A stretch of DNA of 64,000 bases, taken from assembly GCA_008632985.1 (NCBI GenBank), contig QPGO01000019.1, forward strand, positions 744,001 through 808,000, in the 5' to 3' direction. The notes under the pieces are model-generated. The model had not been told where the DNA came from and made no database searches. It saw nothing but the letters and a program-made list of their open reading frames with translations. The translations under genes and the position numbers were made by a program. Source of the DNA: Psammoneis japonica. Lineage: Eukaryota. Shown here one piece after another: positions 47,701 to 58,815 of this stretch. Every line of letters begins with the position of its first letter. The first letter of the stretch is position 1.

Positions 47701-47953
47701 CAGTCGAAGCAGACTGGGCTCTTCTGACGATCGCTGCAAAGAGAAAAAGGCTGCAAATGAAACGAGATACCTGAAACGGCAGAAAGATCCCTTGATCAGT
47801 CTGACGATGGAGAATTGTTCGAGGCCGCGACTTTCGATACCTGACAACAGTCTTTCGGCCTACTTCATTTAGTGGCAACTTGCCCATGTTTGTCTCAGCG
47901 CCGTTCACTGTTGCCATTGCGATGCAGTGTGTGTTGAAGAGAGGAGGAGTCAT
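44755..47953 (-). CDS. Multi-domain protein with Cys-rich module, Pro/Thr linker and M64-like zinc metallopeptidase domain, multi-exon
   Basis: INIVFVGSAF, YGGAG and AVHELGHSLFELNDEY (HExxH...DEY); ACCACGGG module; PT-rich linker. Introns near 45920-45841 and 45744-45665. Start uncertain. Confidence 0.75.
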
Positions 47954-49689
47954 TGCTGCGCGTCGGAATCGGAGATCGTCTCGAGAGGGCTTAAACTTAT
48001 AATGACTATTGATAATAATTTTGGCATTGTGACAAGATACTTTCTATTCAGGTATGAATGAAGTAAAAGCGCCATGGGACATTATGATGTGCTGTGTCGT
48101 CGTAAGAGCAACACACCTCCGTTTTCGCCTCAGGATTGAGCAGGCTGTGTATAAAGACATGACAAAAAGTTGCAATCAACTGAACCGTGAGAGGATCCAG
48201 GAGGTGTCCAGTGGAAATCCAAGATTTGATGCCATGGCATGCTGGGTTCTGTTTTGTCAGTTGGGCACCATCGGCCATCAATCCCAAGAAGGCTCACAAC
48301 TCAGCCAGCCAGCCTTCTTTTCTCTGCCGCCATGTTGGCAAAAAAGCTTTGCACTCCATGCCAGCAGCAACAACAACAACAACAACAAACAACAAACAAC
48401 ATGGACAACAAGAAGGAGCAAGTTGAGAAAGGAAGCGTGCTGTGAGACAACTCTCGCACCTCTTGTTTGAGACTGTCCGGAAAGATGAACATGGCGCTGA
48501 GAGCAAATCATGCCCTCAGTTTGTTGGAGGTGCATTGAAAAATGTGTGGACACCCACCACTTTGTGACATGTCAGGCATGAACCTTGTTTCAACATTTCC
48601 CATCTCAACAAGAGAACTTGCGGCAGCTTGGCAGCGTGCTCTCCCTCAAGTCAATGCTCTTGGCCAGCCACTGCTCCACTTTGCTCCTGTGCTCACACAA
48701 ACAGCTGGGCTTGCAACTCACTGCTGGAAACCCTGGTGCCAGCAAGGTCAATTCTTTGTTGGTTGTTTGCCATTTTGCATGAGCACTGTCAGACTGACTT
48801 GCAATTTGAGGAGAGTCCCCGAGAGTGGGCCAACATCCCCAGCTCTTCCATGCGGCCTGCATGACAACTGGTTTGCTGGTGAGCACCAGCTGGCCAGACT
48901 TGCTGATGACCTCTCAAGGCATCAAGTGTGGAGACTGGTGATGACACTCAACTGCCTCCATTGTGTGAGATGAGATTGGCTTGCTGCTGCTGAAGAATCA
49001 TGTCTTGAGAAGAAGGGTGCAAACAAGAGAGACAACAGTCCAGCTGGGCACAGATGCCAAGAGAGCAGAGGAAGGCAGCCACCCAAAACTCTTGGGATGT
49101 CAGCTTCTTCTGAATGGACAATCTTTGCACTCAGAAGGTCAAGCTCATCAGTTGCCAGACTCCATTCACAATGACTTGGCTCCCCCAAGCACCAAGTCTC
49201 CTTCATTTGTGCCAGCTGCAGCTCCAGAGGGAGACCAGACCAGCACACCCAGATCATGACCACTGGTTGTTGATGGTTGGGACAATTTTCTCAAAGCTCC
49301 AGATGCACCAGGTTGTCATGGCTGTGTTGAAGGAAAGGACCGCCTCACCAGCAATGGGCACAGTTTTGAATGCGTTGCCTCCCCCATTCTGAGCTCATCA
49401 TGTCAGCTCAAGTCTGGTTGTCAAATGACAGAATTTCATGTGCACATGAAGTTTGCAAACATTTGTGGTGGTGTGGAATCAACAGCACATGTTGTCCTTT
49501 GTCCATGCACTCTTTGGGCTCTTTTGCAAGCAGAACAAAGACTTGTGACCCTGACACACCATCATGTCATGAGGCAACGGCTTGGCACCTCATGCCAAGG
49601 AGTTCAAGGAGGCCACACATTTAGAGACAAATGATTTGATGCATTGCAGCTTGTTTGCTTCATTGTTGCAAGAGTGGACACCTTTGGAT

Positions 49690-51250
49690 GCTGATGTTTC
49701 AACTGGCACTTGGGTGCTCAAGATCAAGAGGCACCATGATGGATGACTCAAGAAGCTCAATTTACAGTTCTGCACACAAGGTGATCATCAACAATGTGGC
49801 ATTGATTTCCTTGAGACCTGCGCTCCTGTTGTTTGGCACCAGAGTGCAGCTTCTTTGTTGACAAGTCTCTCAAGAAATTTGTGCAGTTTGGCATTTCATC
49901 AAGTTGATTGTGCACTTGCTTTTGCTCAAGCTGACATTGTTGATTGTTGAAGATGTGCGTGTGTGTGTCAAATTTGCCAAAGCCATTTGAGTTTGAGAAA
50001 GAAGGAGAGGACTGCATTTTAAAGCTTGACTCAACAATGGCCTCTCTGTGGACTGCATCAACAGCTGCAATGACTTGGCTCCGACATTCATCCAAGGGCC
50101 CAGACAGATGCAGATTGTCCTCTGGGGCAAGAGCAATCCTTGCCCACTCAATGGCAAAGACATCGTTTGCCTCACACATGTTGATGGTTGTCTGCTCTTC
50201 ATGAAGGACACTGCTGAAATCACCAACAAAATTGTAAATGAGCTCAAGGCAAATGGATGTGAGCTTGATGTCCAAGACAATTGGAGTCGTTCACTGGTGT
50301 TGACATGGGGCCAGGGGAAAAGAGGCTGGGACGACTGCTCATCAAAGAGCCGTGGGTGTGTGCCAGCCACCATGGAATGCTCATCTCTGAGCTTGACTTG
50401 GTGTTCACTTTAACTGGCCAGAGGATCATCATCACATTCCATGCAGGGACACTCAACCGGCAACAACCACTGGCAAATGGCTCTGGCAACACTGACTCAG
50501 TTGTGGCTGCACTTTTAAAGCCGCCAAGTTCAGAAGCACAACATGTCTTAACAGCGCTGGCCATGGTGACCACTGTCTCTGCTGCCACTCCCACTGCTGC
50601 TCCTCTGCTTCTCAGATGTGTCCCAGTGAGCTGTGCTGTCTCCACAAAGCAAGTGTCACCATCCAGCAAACAGCTGCCTTGATGGGGCATCTCTTCTGAC
50701 CTTGAGGCACCGGGGTGACTCATTCCCCAATCCACCAAACTTTGGTTTGCACCAGTCCATCTGACTGCCCATGCTGCAAACATTGCTGGCTGCCTCCAAA
50801 GTGAGCACAATGTTTGGCAAACCACACCATCCAAACTTGGCAAGTTTGGACCTCAGCAGTCCAACGCATGCATGCTCTCCAGGCTCAACTCCAGCAGAGT
50901 GACCCACTTGTTGTGGTTGTTCCAAAACAACATTTTCTGCCATCAAGCAGTTCCTCTCAAATTGCTTTGCAGATGGGGGTTAAAAATGGCTGCATCATGG
51001 AAAGAGCAGGCACCGCACCACTCAAGAATGGCAAGAGCCTCAAAAACAAGCAGAGACTTTCTTGTGGTGGAGATTCTCCAGCCACAAAAAGTCTTTCATC
51101 ATTGAAAACAAAAATGACTTTTTTGTGATGATGCACTGCGCTGCAACTTCGAAAGTGTCTGAGACCAACATCATGGAAAATGACTTCTCAAGACACAACA
51201 GTTTTGCACCCCACCTCTGTTTTCTCTTTGTTGCTTCTTGCTGGGTGGGG
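49690..51250 (+). mobile_element. Ty1/copia LTR retrotransposon relic (RT-RNase H)
   Basis: Decayed copia RT motifs: TWVLKIKRHHDG*LKKL...QGDHQ, QVDCALAFAQAD, SLCGLHQ (SLYGL.Q) and IVCLTHVDGCLLF (YVDD). RNase H-like IAGC...SKL and terminal LLLAGW. Confidence 0.85.
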
Positions 51251-51400
51251 GCAAAGTCAAAGTGTCAGAGGACAGCACACCGCCTCAGATGTGAGCACAA
51301 TGCCTCATTTTTGGCTCTGGTTGGGGCTCAATTCTCTCTTTTTGATGCTGCTGACATGGCTCCATGCATTGCACAGCGGATTTTTGTTTCATGTAAAAGA

Positions 51401-51847
51401 GAGTGCAATGTGCAGCTGCTGGCAAGAGTCAGCGCATCACGGCGACGTGTTGCAGCCTTTAAATGTCACAAAGGGCATGACAAAACAACCTTTTGTCTGC
51501 ATGCATGCTGCGTTGTGAATTCACAGCGGAGTGGTTCATCGCAACCATCAGGCAGGAGGCCAGGGGTTCGAAACCCTGAGTGGGAGTTGTCTGCAGCAAC
51601 GTTGATCACTGTCGAACGCGTAAAACTCTGTGCAGTTCTGCATGTTCCTTCGTGCGTACCCACACTGTTCCGCCAAAACCGTGCAGTGTCAGTGCACGTT
51701 GGCAAAGAGCCGTGTGGACGCGTGATGCATGGGGAGGAGTGCAACACACAGCTGCCAACAAGAGTCAATGTGTCACGGCGACGTGTTACAGCCTTTAAAT
51801 GTCACAAAGGGCGTGACAAAATAACCTTTTGTCTGCATGCATGCTGC
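51401..51847. repeat. Two ~110-bp direct repeats (51401-51511, 51737-51847)
   Basis: Shared cacggcgacgtgtt.cagcctttaaatgtcacaaaggg..tgacaaaa.aaccttttgtctgcatgcatgctgc. Lies downstream of the copia relic, possibly LTR-derived. Confidence 0.85.
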
Positions 51848-52035
51848 AAGAGTGACATGAGAGTTCAGTGACCAGTTCAGTGATTGACTAAATCCCAAAA
51901 TATGACAACGGCTGACGGCTGGACCGCCAGTACGGATCCTCAAGTACAAATTTTACGCATGTAAATTCTACGCAAGCGTCCCGTACATTCGCTCCGCGCT
52001 CACTCGCACAACACAAAAATCTTGAAACGCACGCC

Positions 52036-53365
52036 ATGACATCGACCTTTGGTTCTAGCCCGACTAGCAGCGGCGGCAAACAGCGCACCATTGCTCCCAA
52101 CGACCATGCCGTTCCACAAGCGGGCAATGATGGTATTTCATCTCTTACATGGAGTCCGACGGCAAACGTGTTGGTATCGTCCAATTGGGACGGCGGCGTG
52201 CGATGCTGGCAAGTCGAAGAGGCGGGGCAACAAGTGCGGGCCGTGCCCAAAGCGCAAGGTATGAATACGGAAATTGAATGAAATTTGTTATTGAAATTTG
52301 AATTTTATAGTTAATGTTCTATTTGCAATTTCTTATTGAATTCTTTGTTTTTCCTCTCTTCTAAGTCAATCACGATGGCAACGCTCCCGTCTTGTGCACC
52401 GCCTTTTCGGCCGATGGCGGCACGGTCTTTTCGGGTGGTTGCGACAAGGCCGTTCGCATGTGGAACCTTGGCGGTAATCCAGCACAGGCACAACAAATCG
52501 GGGTCCACGATGCTCCCGTCAAGGCCGTGGCCTTTTCTCCCAAATCCAGCATGGTTGTGAGTTGTGGATGGGATAAGAAACTCAAATTTTGGGACGCGCG
52601 GAGCCCCAATCCCGTGGGTGTCATGGATTTGCCGGAACGAGCCTACGATATGGATATGCGTGGCAATGTGTTGGTGGTTGCGACAGCAGCGAGGCAAATG
52701 GTGACCTTTGACCTGTCTCAGGGACAGCCCCGTTTGCACCTATCCAAAGACTCTCCCCTGAAATACATGTCGCGCTGCGTTACCGTCTTTCCCGATGAAT
52801 CCGGTTTTGCTGTGGGCAGCATTGAAGGACGTGTGGGGATTCATTACTATCAAAAGAGTCCCAACCGAGACAGCTTTGCCTTCAAGTGTCACCGGCAAGA
52901 CTCGGCGGTCTATTCCGTCAATGCCATTGCGTTTCATCCGCAATTTGGAACGTTTGCGACTGTAAGTTTGGAGTGTCGAGAAGAATCGTATGTTTTTTAC
53001 GATGATTCCTGCTTTTGCTCTGAAAGGGTGTCTCGTTGCTGTGGTGCTTTCATACTGTTTGAACCCATTGACTCATACTATTGTTTTCTTTCTCTCTTTT
53101 ACTGGTCTAGGTCGGTTCTGACGGTGTTGTCAATTTTTGGGACAAGGACAATAAGCAACGTCTCAAGGGATTCAATGCCATTCAGCAGCCCATTCCGTGT
53201 GCCGCCTTTAATGGCGGTGGCAACTTGTTTGCGTATGCGAGTTCCTACGATTGGAGCAAGGGCAGTGGCTTTTATACGCCCGGCAGCACTCCCAATGAGA
53301 TCTTTATTCATTATACCCCCGAGGAGGAAATCAAGCAAAAGTCAAAAAAGAAGTTGGGGCGGTAA
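52036..53365 (+). CDS. RAE1: mRNA export factor RAE1/Gle2 (WD40); introns ~52259-52364 and 52962-53110
   Basis: DGISSLTWSP, GSIEGRV, FAFKCHR, YSVNAIAFHP.FGTFAT|VGSDG..NFWDKDNKQRLK and AYASSYDWSKG. Confidence 0.93.
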
Positions 53366-53885
53366 ATGGAATGTGTCTGCAAGAGTTTTTTGAATTTTTG
53401 GGGGGGTTGTTGGAAGAGAGTAGAGTTGTGTTCTGATTGGTGCGCGGCCAGACAAATTGGAATGCATTCCAATTCAGTACTGTCTACGTTGTATGACTGA
53501 AGGAATGATTGGAGAGTGATTCGAGAGAGGGTGGATGACGTGTCTTGGCATCATACAGGGTGAAGAAAATCTTGTAAACGAGTAGTGGAGAGAGTAGAGT
53601 TTTAGTAGGAGTATTGGCGTGGTGCCATTGCTAACATAGACCAATTTGATCCCATTCAACACTAGATTCTTGCTTGTCAGAATGAACGAAAATGAGAGAG
53701 AGATTGACGTGGCTTTGACCGTTACAGAAAGAGGCGGAAAACACCTTGCGGTACAACCGAGCATTGTTTACGCTTTAAACACAGAACTTTGCATTGCTAA
53801 CAACCACAGAAAAACATAGGCGATCGGCAACATTTTTATATACAACATCTAATGATCTAACTTAATATGTACATAGCACTTTTCA

Positions 53886-55051
53886 TCATGATGTACGCCT
53901 ATTTCTTGAGCGAAACAAGTCACAGCAAAGAGTAGATACAATGGATGATGTCTCTTCGGCTTCATCATTATCATTGTCTTCATCTTCATTGTGCCCATCC
54001 TCAACTAATATGGCCACTTTGCTAGAAGACATGCCGTATTGTTCCAAAATTTCACAGCATTGGTTTTCGGCCCACGCACGATGGAGCGGTGTAATGTCAT
54101 CCTCCTCATCCACGGTTGGAATGTCTGGATCGACGGCCGTCTTGTGAATCGCCAGCGTACAGTCCCCCTTGCCGTGTCCGTGAAGGCTAAACCACTTTGC
54201 CAAGGGATGTTCTGGATCACTGGCATTTAGTTGTATAATGAATTGCCCCAAGACAAAATACACATCCCTATTGGCCTTGTCGCATTTACTCTTGTATCGC
54301 GTCCATCCCCACGAGGCAACGGTGTTGTCTTTTCCTCAATCTTTATATAATCATCTGGTTTTCGATTTGGAACATAGGGCACAGCCAGGATTTGGTATTC
54401 AATATACTCCTCATCGACCCCGTGTTTTCGTAAACCCTGTGCAATGAGTTTTAGGTATCGCTCTTGTGGCAACCGTTCCATGGGCCCATCCAGAGTAGCA
54501 TCATCGACATGGTCCGACATTTCAAACAAGTACGCCGAAACGGGACGATCCGGTTCGTCGTAGGGAATGACTTGATGGAGCGTCGGGACGTTTCCCACAT
54601 CGTATTCTTTGCACCTTTTCCAATCTTCCGGAGACGCCAGCGTCATGAGCAAACCGTGTACTTCGTATCCGATTTTTTTCAAAATGCTCGCGTTGCTGCC
54701 AAAGTGAAAGGTTAATCGATAATCGTAGAGATAGGCGGCTCGGATGCTTTTTGTATTAATGTTGCGGCGATGACGAACCATGGGATTTACAATAGGACCA
54801 AACCCGAAATAATATATTTCTTCTTCTTCTTGGTCATTGTTGTTGTTGTCGTTTTGCGTTGTATCGGATGATGTTTCAGTCTCTGGATTATTTTCTGCCG
54901 GCGTTGACTCCTCCTCTTGCTGTTGTTGCTGTTCAGGCTCATCCTCTGATACAGGGTCTTCTTCTTCGGGAGAAGCGTGTTCTGGATGACGTTCCTCAGA
55001 TCCGTCATGGGCCGGTTGATTCGAAATAACCGTAACCGTGCTGTGGGTCAT
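53886..55051 (-). CDS. Gamma-glutamylcyclotransferase-like protein; apparent frameshift near 54307
   Basis: Acidic N-terminus, then IYYFGFG..VN, YRLTF, VHGLL, PQERYLKLIAQG...HGVDEEY. Coding-like sequence continues in another frame (WTRYKSKCDKANRDVYFVLG) to 53886. Confidence 0.7.
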
Positions 55052-55300
55052 GATGTTGAAGTTTTTCTCAGAATTGATAACAGACTTACAAGTTTATGCA
55101 GAGAGTTCGTGTTACAGGAGCTTCAAAAATTAAAAACGAAAAAGCATACGCCACGTAAACAGTAGGAACAAGCGAGAAGAGGGAAAAAGAGACACAACGG
55201 AGAGAGACAGTCAAAAGAGAGGGTTGCACTCCATGTCAGAAGTGAACCTGCAGTGGGGGGTGGGGGCGGTGGTTTCTGCTGTCTCACGCACATTCGCACA

Positions 55301-55553
55301 TTCATCGTCGAACCCCACAAATACGTGGGGACCCGCAACCCGGAAATGTGTAGAGTTGTACGTGCATGTATGGGGACTGTTTACGTGGGTTTTGTACCAG
55401 AGCTATCTCGCGAACTAGGCGTTTTTTCGAAATTTTGTCGTAGAAACTGTACCAGTTTTGCGTATGTAGGCTACATGTTTCAGTACCACATACAAAAATG
55501 CGCGTAGACCTCTACAGGAGGGTCCCCACGTATTTGTGGGGTTCCACGATGAA
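55301..55553. repeat. 34-bp inverted repeat pair (55301-55334 / 55520-55553)
   Basis: ttcatcgtcgaaccccacaaatacgtggggaccc versus gggtccccacgtatttgtggggttccacgatgaa (1 mismatch). Confidence 0.85.
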
Positions 55554-56353
55554 CATGCTCAAGTGTCCGGGCAATCCGCTCAAACGCGCAACAGCGCGAT
55601 TTCAGCGGAAATGAGCGGACCTTTGTCCTCTACCTTAAGGCGGGTCAGTCGCTACTTTTTTTAGCTTGAATTCGGTCGAACAGCTCGTGTTTTGCATGAT
55701 TTTTCCTGAATTTCACCGTGCTTCACCGTGGTGAAAACAACAAGCCATAAGTCTGTGACGGAGGTGGTCCGTCCACCAACTCTCATTTGTTTTGTGTTTG
55801 TTGTTTGTCAAAGATTGTGCATGCATGAAAAGTTGATAGGCGGCACGCTGCGTTTTTGAGAAACATCGATGATTGTCATCATCGTCGTGCTTCGATCGCG
55901 GTGTTGATGGTTCTCGTTTTGTGCGCGATCGGGTGTGACTGTGAACAACTCTTGTGTTCAAAAACAAGCACCAGAAAAATCTCATTCAAGTGCAACTGCA
56001 ATTCCAGGACAAACGCGGGGGTGACCCACCTCAAGCAGTTTTTAATGCTCAGGACTAAAAAGCAATGGAGACCAGGACATTAAAAAAACGGGTGACAGCG
56101 CGCATGCGCAGAAAAATTCACAAAATTCCGATTCAAACACACCTGCCAACCGTCACCTCCATGACCATCAGTTTGTTGCGTCCGTCCCATCCCGGTTTTC
56201 TGCATTGTTGCTGCATGACTCATCAGAACCCCATTTCATCCATCATGGGCACAAACGCTGCTGATCACTGATGTGTCACGTTCTCGAGAAAGAAGGAATG
56301 TCGTTTGATGACTCATGCACCATTTTGCGGTAAAGAGTGACGGTGCACGGTGC

Positions 56354-56745
56354 GACGTGTTCCAGCTCTGGGTGGGACCTCGCACCACTGAACTGTGACA
56401 TCGACAGTTTTTTGGATCGCACCACATGTGTCGCGCACGCAGAAAGGTGCGTGACTTTTCTGAAATTTTGTGTCATTTTGTGGTGCACTTGTTGAGCGAT
56501 CCGTCCAACAACTTTTGACATTTTTTTTTACAGCGCGATTCTTAAATGTCTTGAGAATCGCGCAGGGCAGGCGCACCTGCAAAAACGTCAAGCGGCAATG
56601 GTCACAATTGTGCCACAAACCTGGTTGTTCATTTGATGTTGAAGACAAAAATGTCCATCAATTGGATTCTTGTAATGCGGAGCTCGCAAGCAGAATTCTA
56701 CGGGCCCAATGTCACAAAAAGTCCCACCCAGGACTGGAACCCATC
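56354..56745. mobile_element. MITE copy 2 (392 bp), 4-bp TSD GTGC
   Basis: Collinear with 30830-31219; gtgc at 56350-56353 and 56746-56749. Confidence 0.92.
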
Positions 56746-56954
56746 GTGCACGGTGCGTGGCAGGGACGACTCATTTTGTTGCATGTTGACGCTCAACTGG
56801 CTTGTCTCGGAAATGTGGCAATCATGTCAGTGGCTCATGCCATCAGGAAGAGGCAGCAGCGTGCCGGCAAGTGGCAACCATGTGCCTTGTTGCGTGCCAG
56901 CAGTTCTGTGTCTGCACTTGATCGACTGACACCTGATTTGTCTTTTGCTTGTAA

Positions 56955-58271
56955 GATTTGTTTTCATCCCAGGTGAGAAACGCGCGTGCGGAGGTGAGAC
57001 GTTTCGTCTGTCCCTTTTCCGTCGCCGTGCTTTTTGTGCGAGCAAATCTGACTGGACTTTCCCCCGATTTTTCGTTTCTTCTTTCCACAGACATGTTTGT
57101 TTTGAAAAGCCAGCCGTCATTCTCATTGGTTGAAGGGTGCGCACAAGAAAAGCGCTGTCTCGAAAGCGGCATTTTTTGGAGTGAAACTGACAGCTGTCTG
57201 CTCATTGTTGTCACTCTGGTGCATTTGAGAGACTGTTCCACTGTTTCTTTCACCGAATCTGACTGCTTTGAAAGAATGTGCGCATTGTTCATTGCACAAA
57301 GAGCTCATGCCAAAAAAGAACGGCGTTCCAACACTGTTGTTTGCATGAGAAAAATCGGGGGAACTGACTTCGCACGTGATTTTTTTGTGCGATCGGCCAT
57401 TTCAAAGATCGACTGATTTGTCGACCTGTGTGGGACACTTGAGTGAATAAAACAATGGGGTTGAAATGGCAGCGTCAAAGTTCAATGTGTGTCCAGTTGT
57501 CATGTGATTTGATGTGCCCAAGCAGAGTTAAAGATGAAACATTGACAAAATTTCACCGCTCAAAATGACTGGTTCCATCTTAGAATAAAATAAAATGGCT
57601 GCAACACTGAGATGTTGCTAATGGCATTGTTCCACTTTACAATGATGAAACTGTCACACTTGCATCTGAGATTCTTTGTCCTCACACACCCTCAAAACCG
57701 AGCACATGACGATTCTCTTGTCGGCAGCGAAATCTGATGTTGTCGCGCGACCCAAAAGCGTCGTCCATGACGACTCAAAGTGTGGACAACACATCACAAG
57801 AATCACAGCAACGTGTCACAGAAACATTCTTCGTTGTCAGCATCCGGTGTCAAGTGGATGGAGCAGCGCGTTGATGAGAATCCCACTTCGCAAGCTGAGG
57901 AAGAGAGAAAGAGGCATCAAAAACATCATGAGTCAAAAGGCCATCCACAAGGCACAACAAAAAACAAAGATCAAATTTTCAACCACATCATCGCATTGAG
58001 CGTTGTCTCATTGACCTGTCTCGGCATTCTTGCCTTCTCAGTCACAACATCCGTTGGTGTGAGAATGGACGAGTTCATGGCGACGGCATGGTGCCATTTT
58101 CGGTTTGTGCGAATTGTGGTTTGTGGTTCGAGACATGGAAAAATATATTTTTACTGTCATGGAGCTCGTTTTTTACTAAGATTTTTGGTGCCAAATGCAC
58201 GTCTCATGTAGAAACACGTGGAAAACCTCGTGATGTGTCAAAAAGTTTCTCACCCAGGATGAAAACACATC
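56955..58271. mobile_element. Non-autonomous DNA transposon (1317 bp), ~27-bp TIRs, 4-bp TSD GTAA
   Basis: Left gatttgttttcatcccaggtgagaaac; right gtttctcacccaggatgaaaacacatc; gtaa at 56951-56954 and 58272-58275. Confidence 0.85.
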
Positions 58272-58411
58272 GTAATGCAAGTGTCCCACGCATGATGATG
58301 GAGCGGGCGTTGACAATGGAGCGGGCGTTGATGAGAATTCTGATTTTACCGTGGGTCAGAAGAGCATGCATCTAAAGCATGCTCTGTGTAAAAACTTCTG
58401 ATTTTGTGAGA

Positions 58412-58811
58412 GACGCGTTCCAGCCCTAGGTGGCTGGGAGCTCGTAGCACTGACGTGTGACACAAATAATTTTTATCATCCGTCATGTGTTTCGCACGTA
58501 GCTTTCTACGTGTGACATTTAAAAAAAATTGTCCAGACTCGCTGTTTTGCGAAGCCCCAGACGTTTTATATAATAAATTTATAGAAACAAAGATGCGCCA
58601 GTTACATTCTTCAATGTCTGAAGAATGTAACTGGCTAAGTAAAAAATGATGTACTTCAATCATGGGCGAGTTTGTGCGTTCGCAAAATTGTCTCATTTTC
58701 TGTTGACGATCATTGACATTTTAATTGCCGCATGGTTTTACTACGGAGCTCGCACGTAGAAGTCTACGGGCCCAATGTCACACGGATTCCCACCTGCATT
58801 TGGAACACGTC
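58412..58811. mobile_element. MITE copy 3 (400 bp, divergent subfamily), 4-bp TSD GAGA
   Basis: gacgcgttccagccctaggtgg...cccacctgcatttggaacacgtc. Shares ggagctcgcacgtagaa.tctacgggcccaatgtcac with copies 1 and 2. gaga at 58408-58411 and 58812-58815. Confidence 0.88.
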
Positions 58812-58815
58812 GAGA

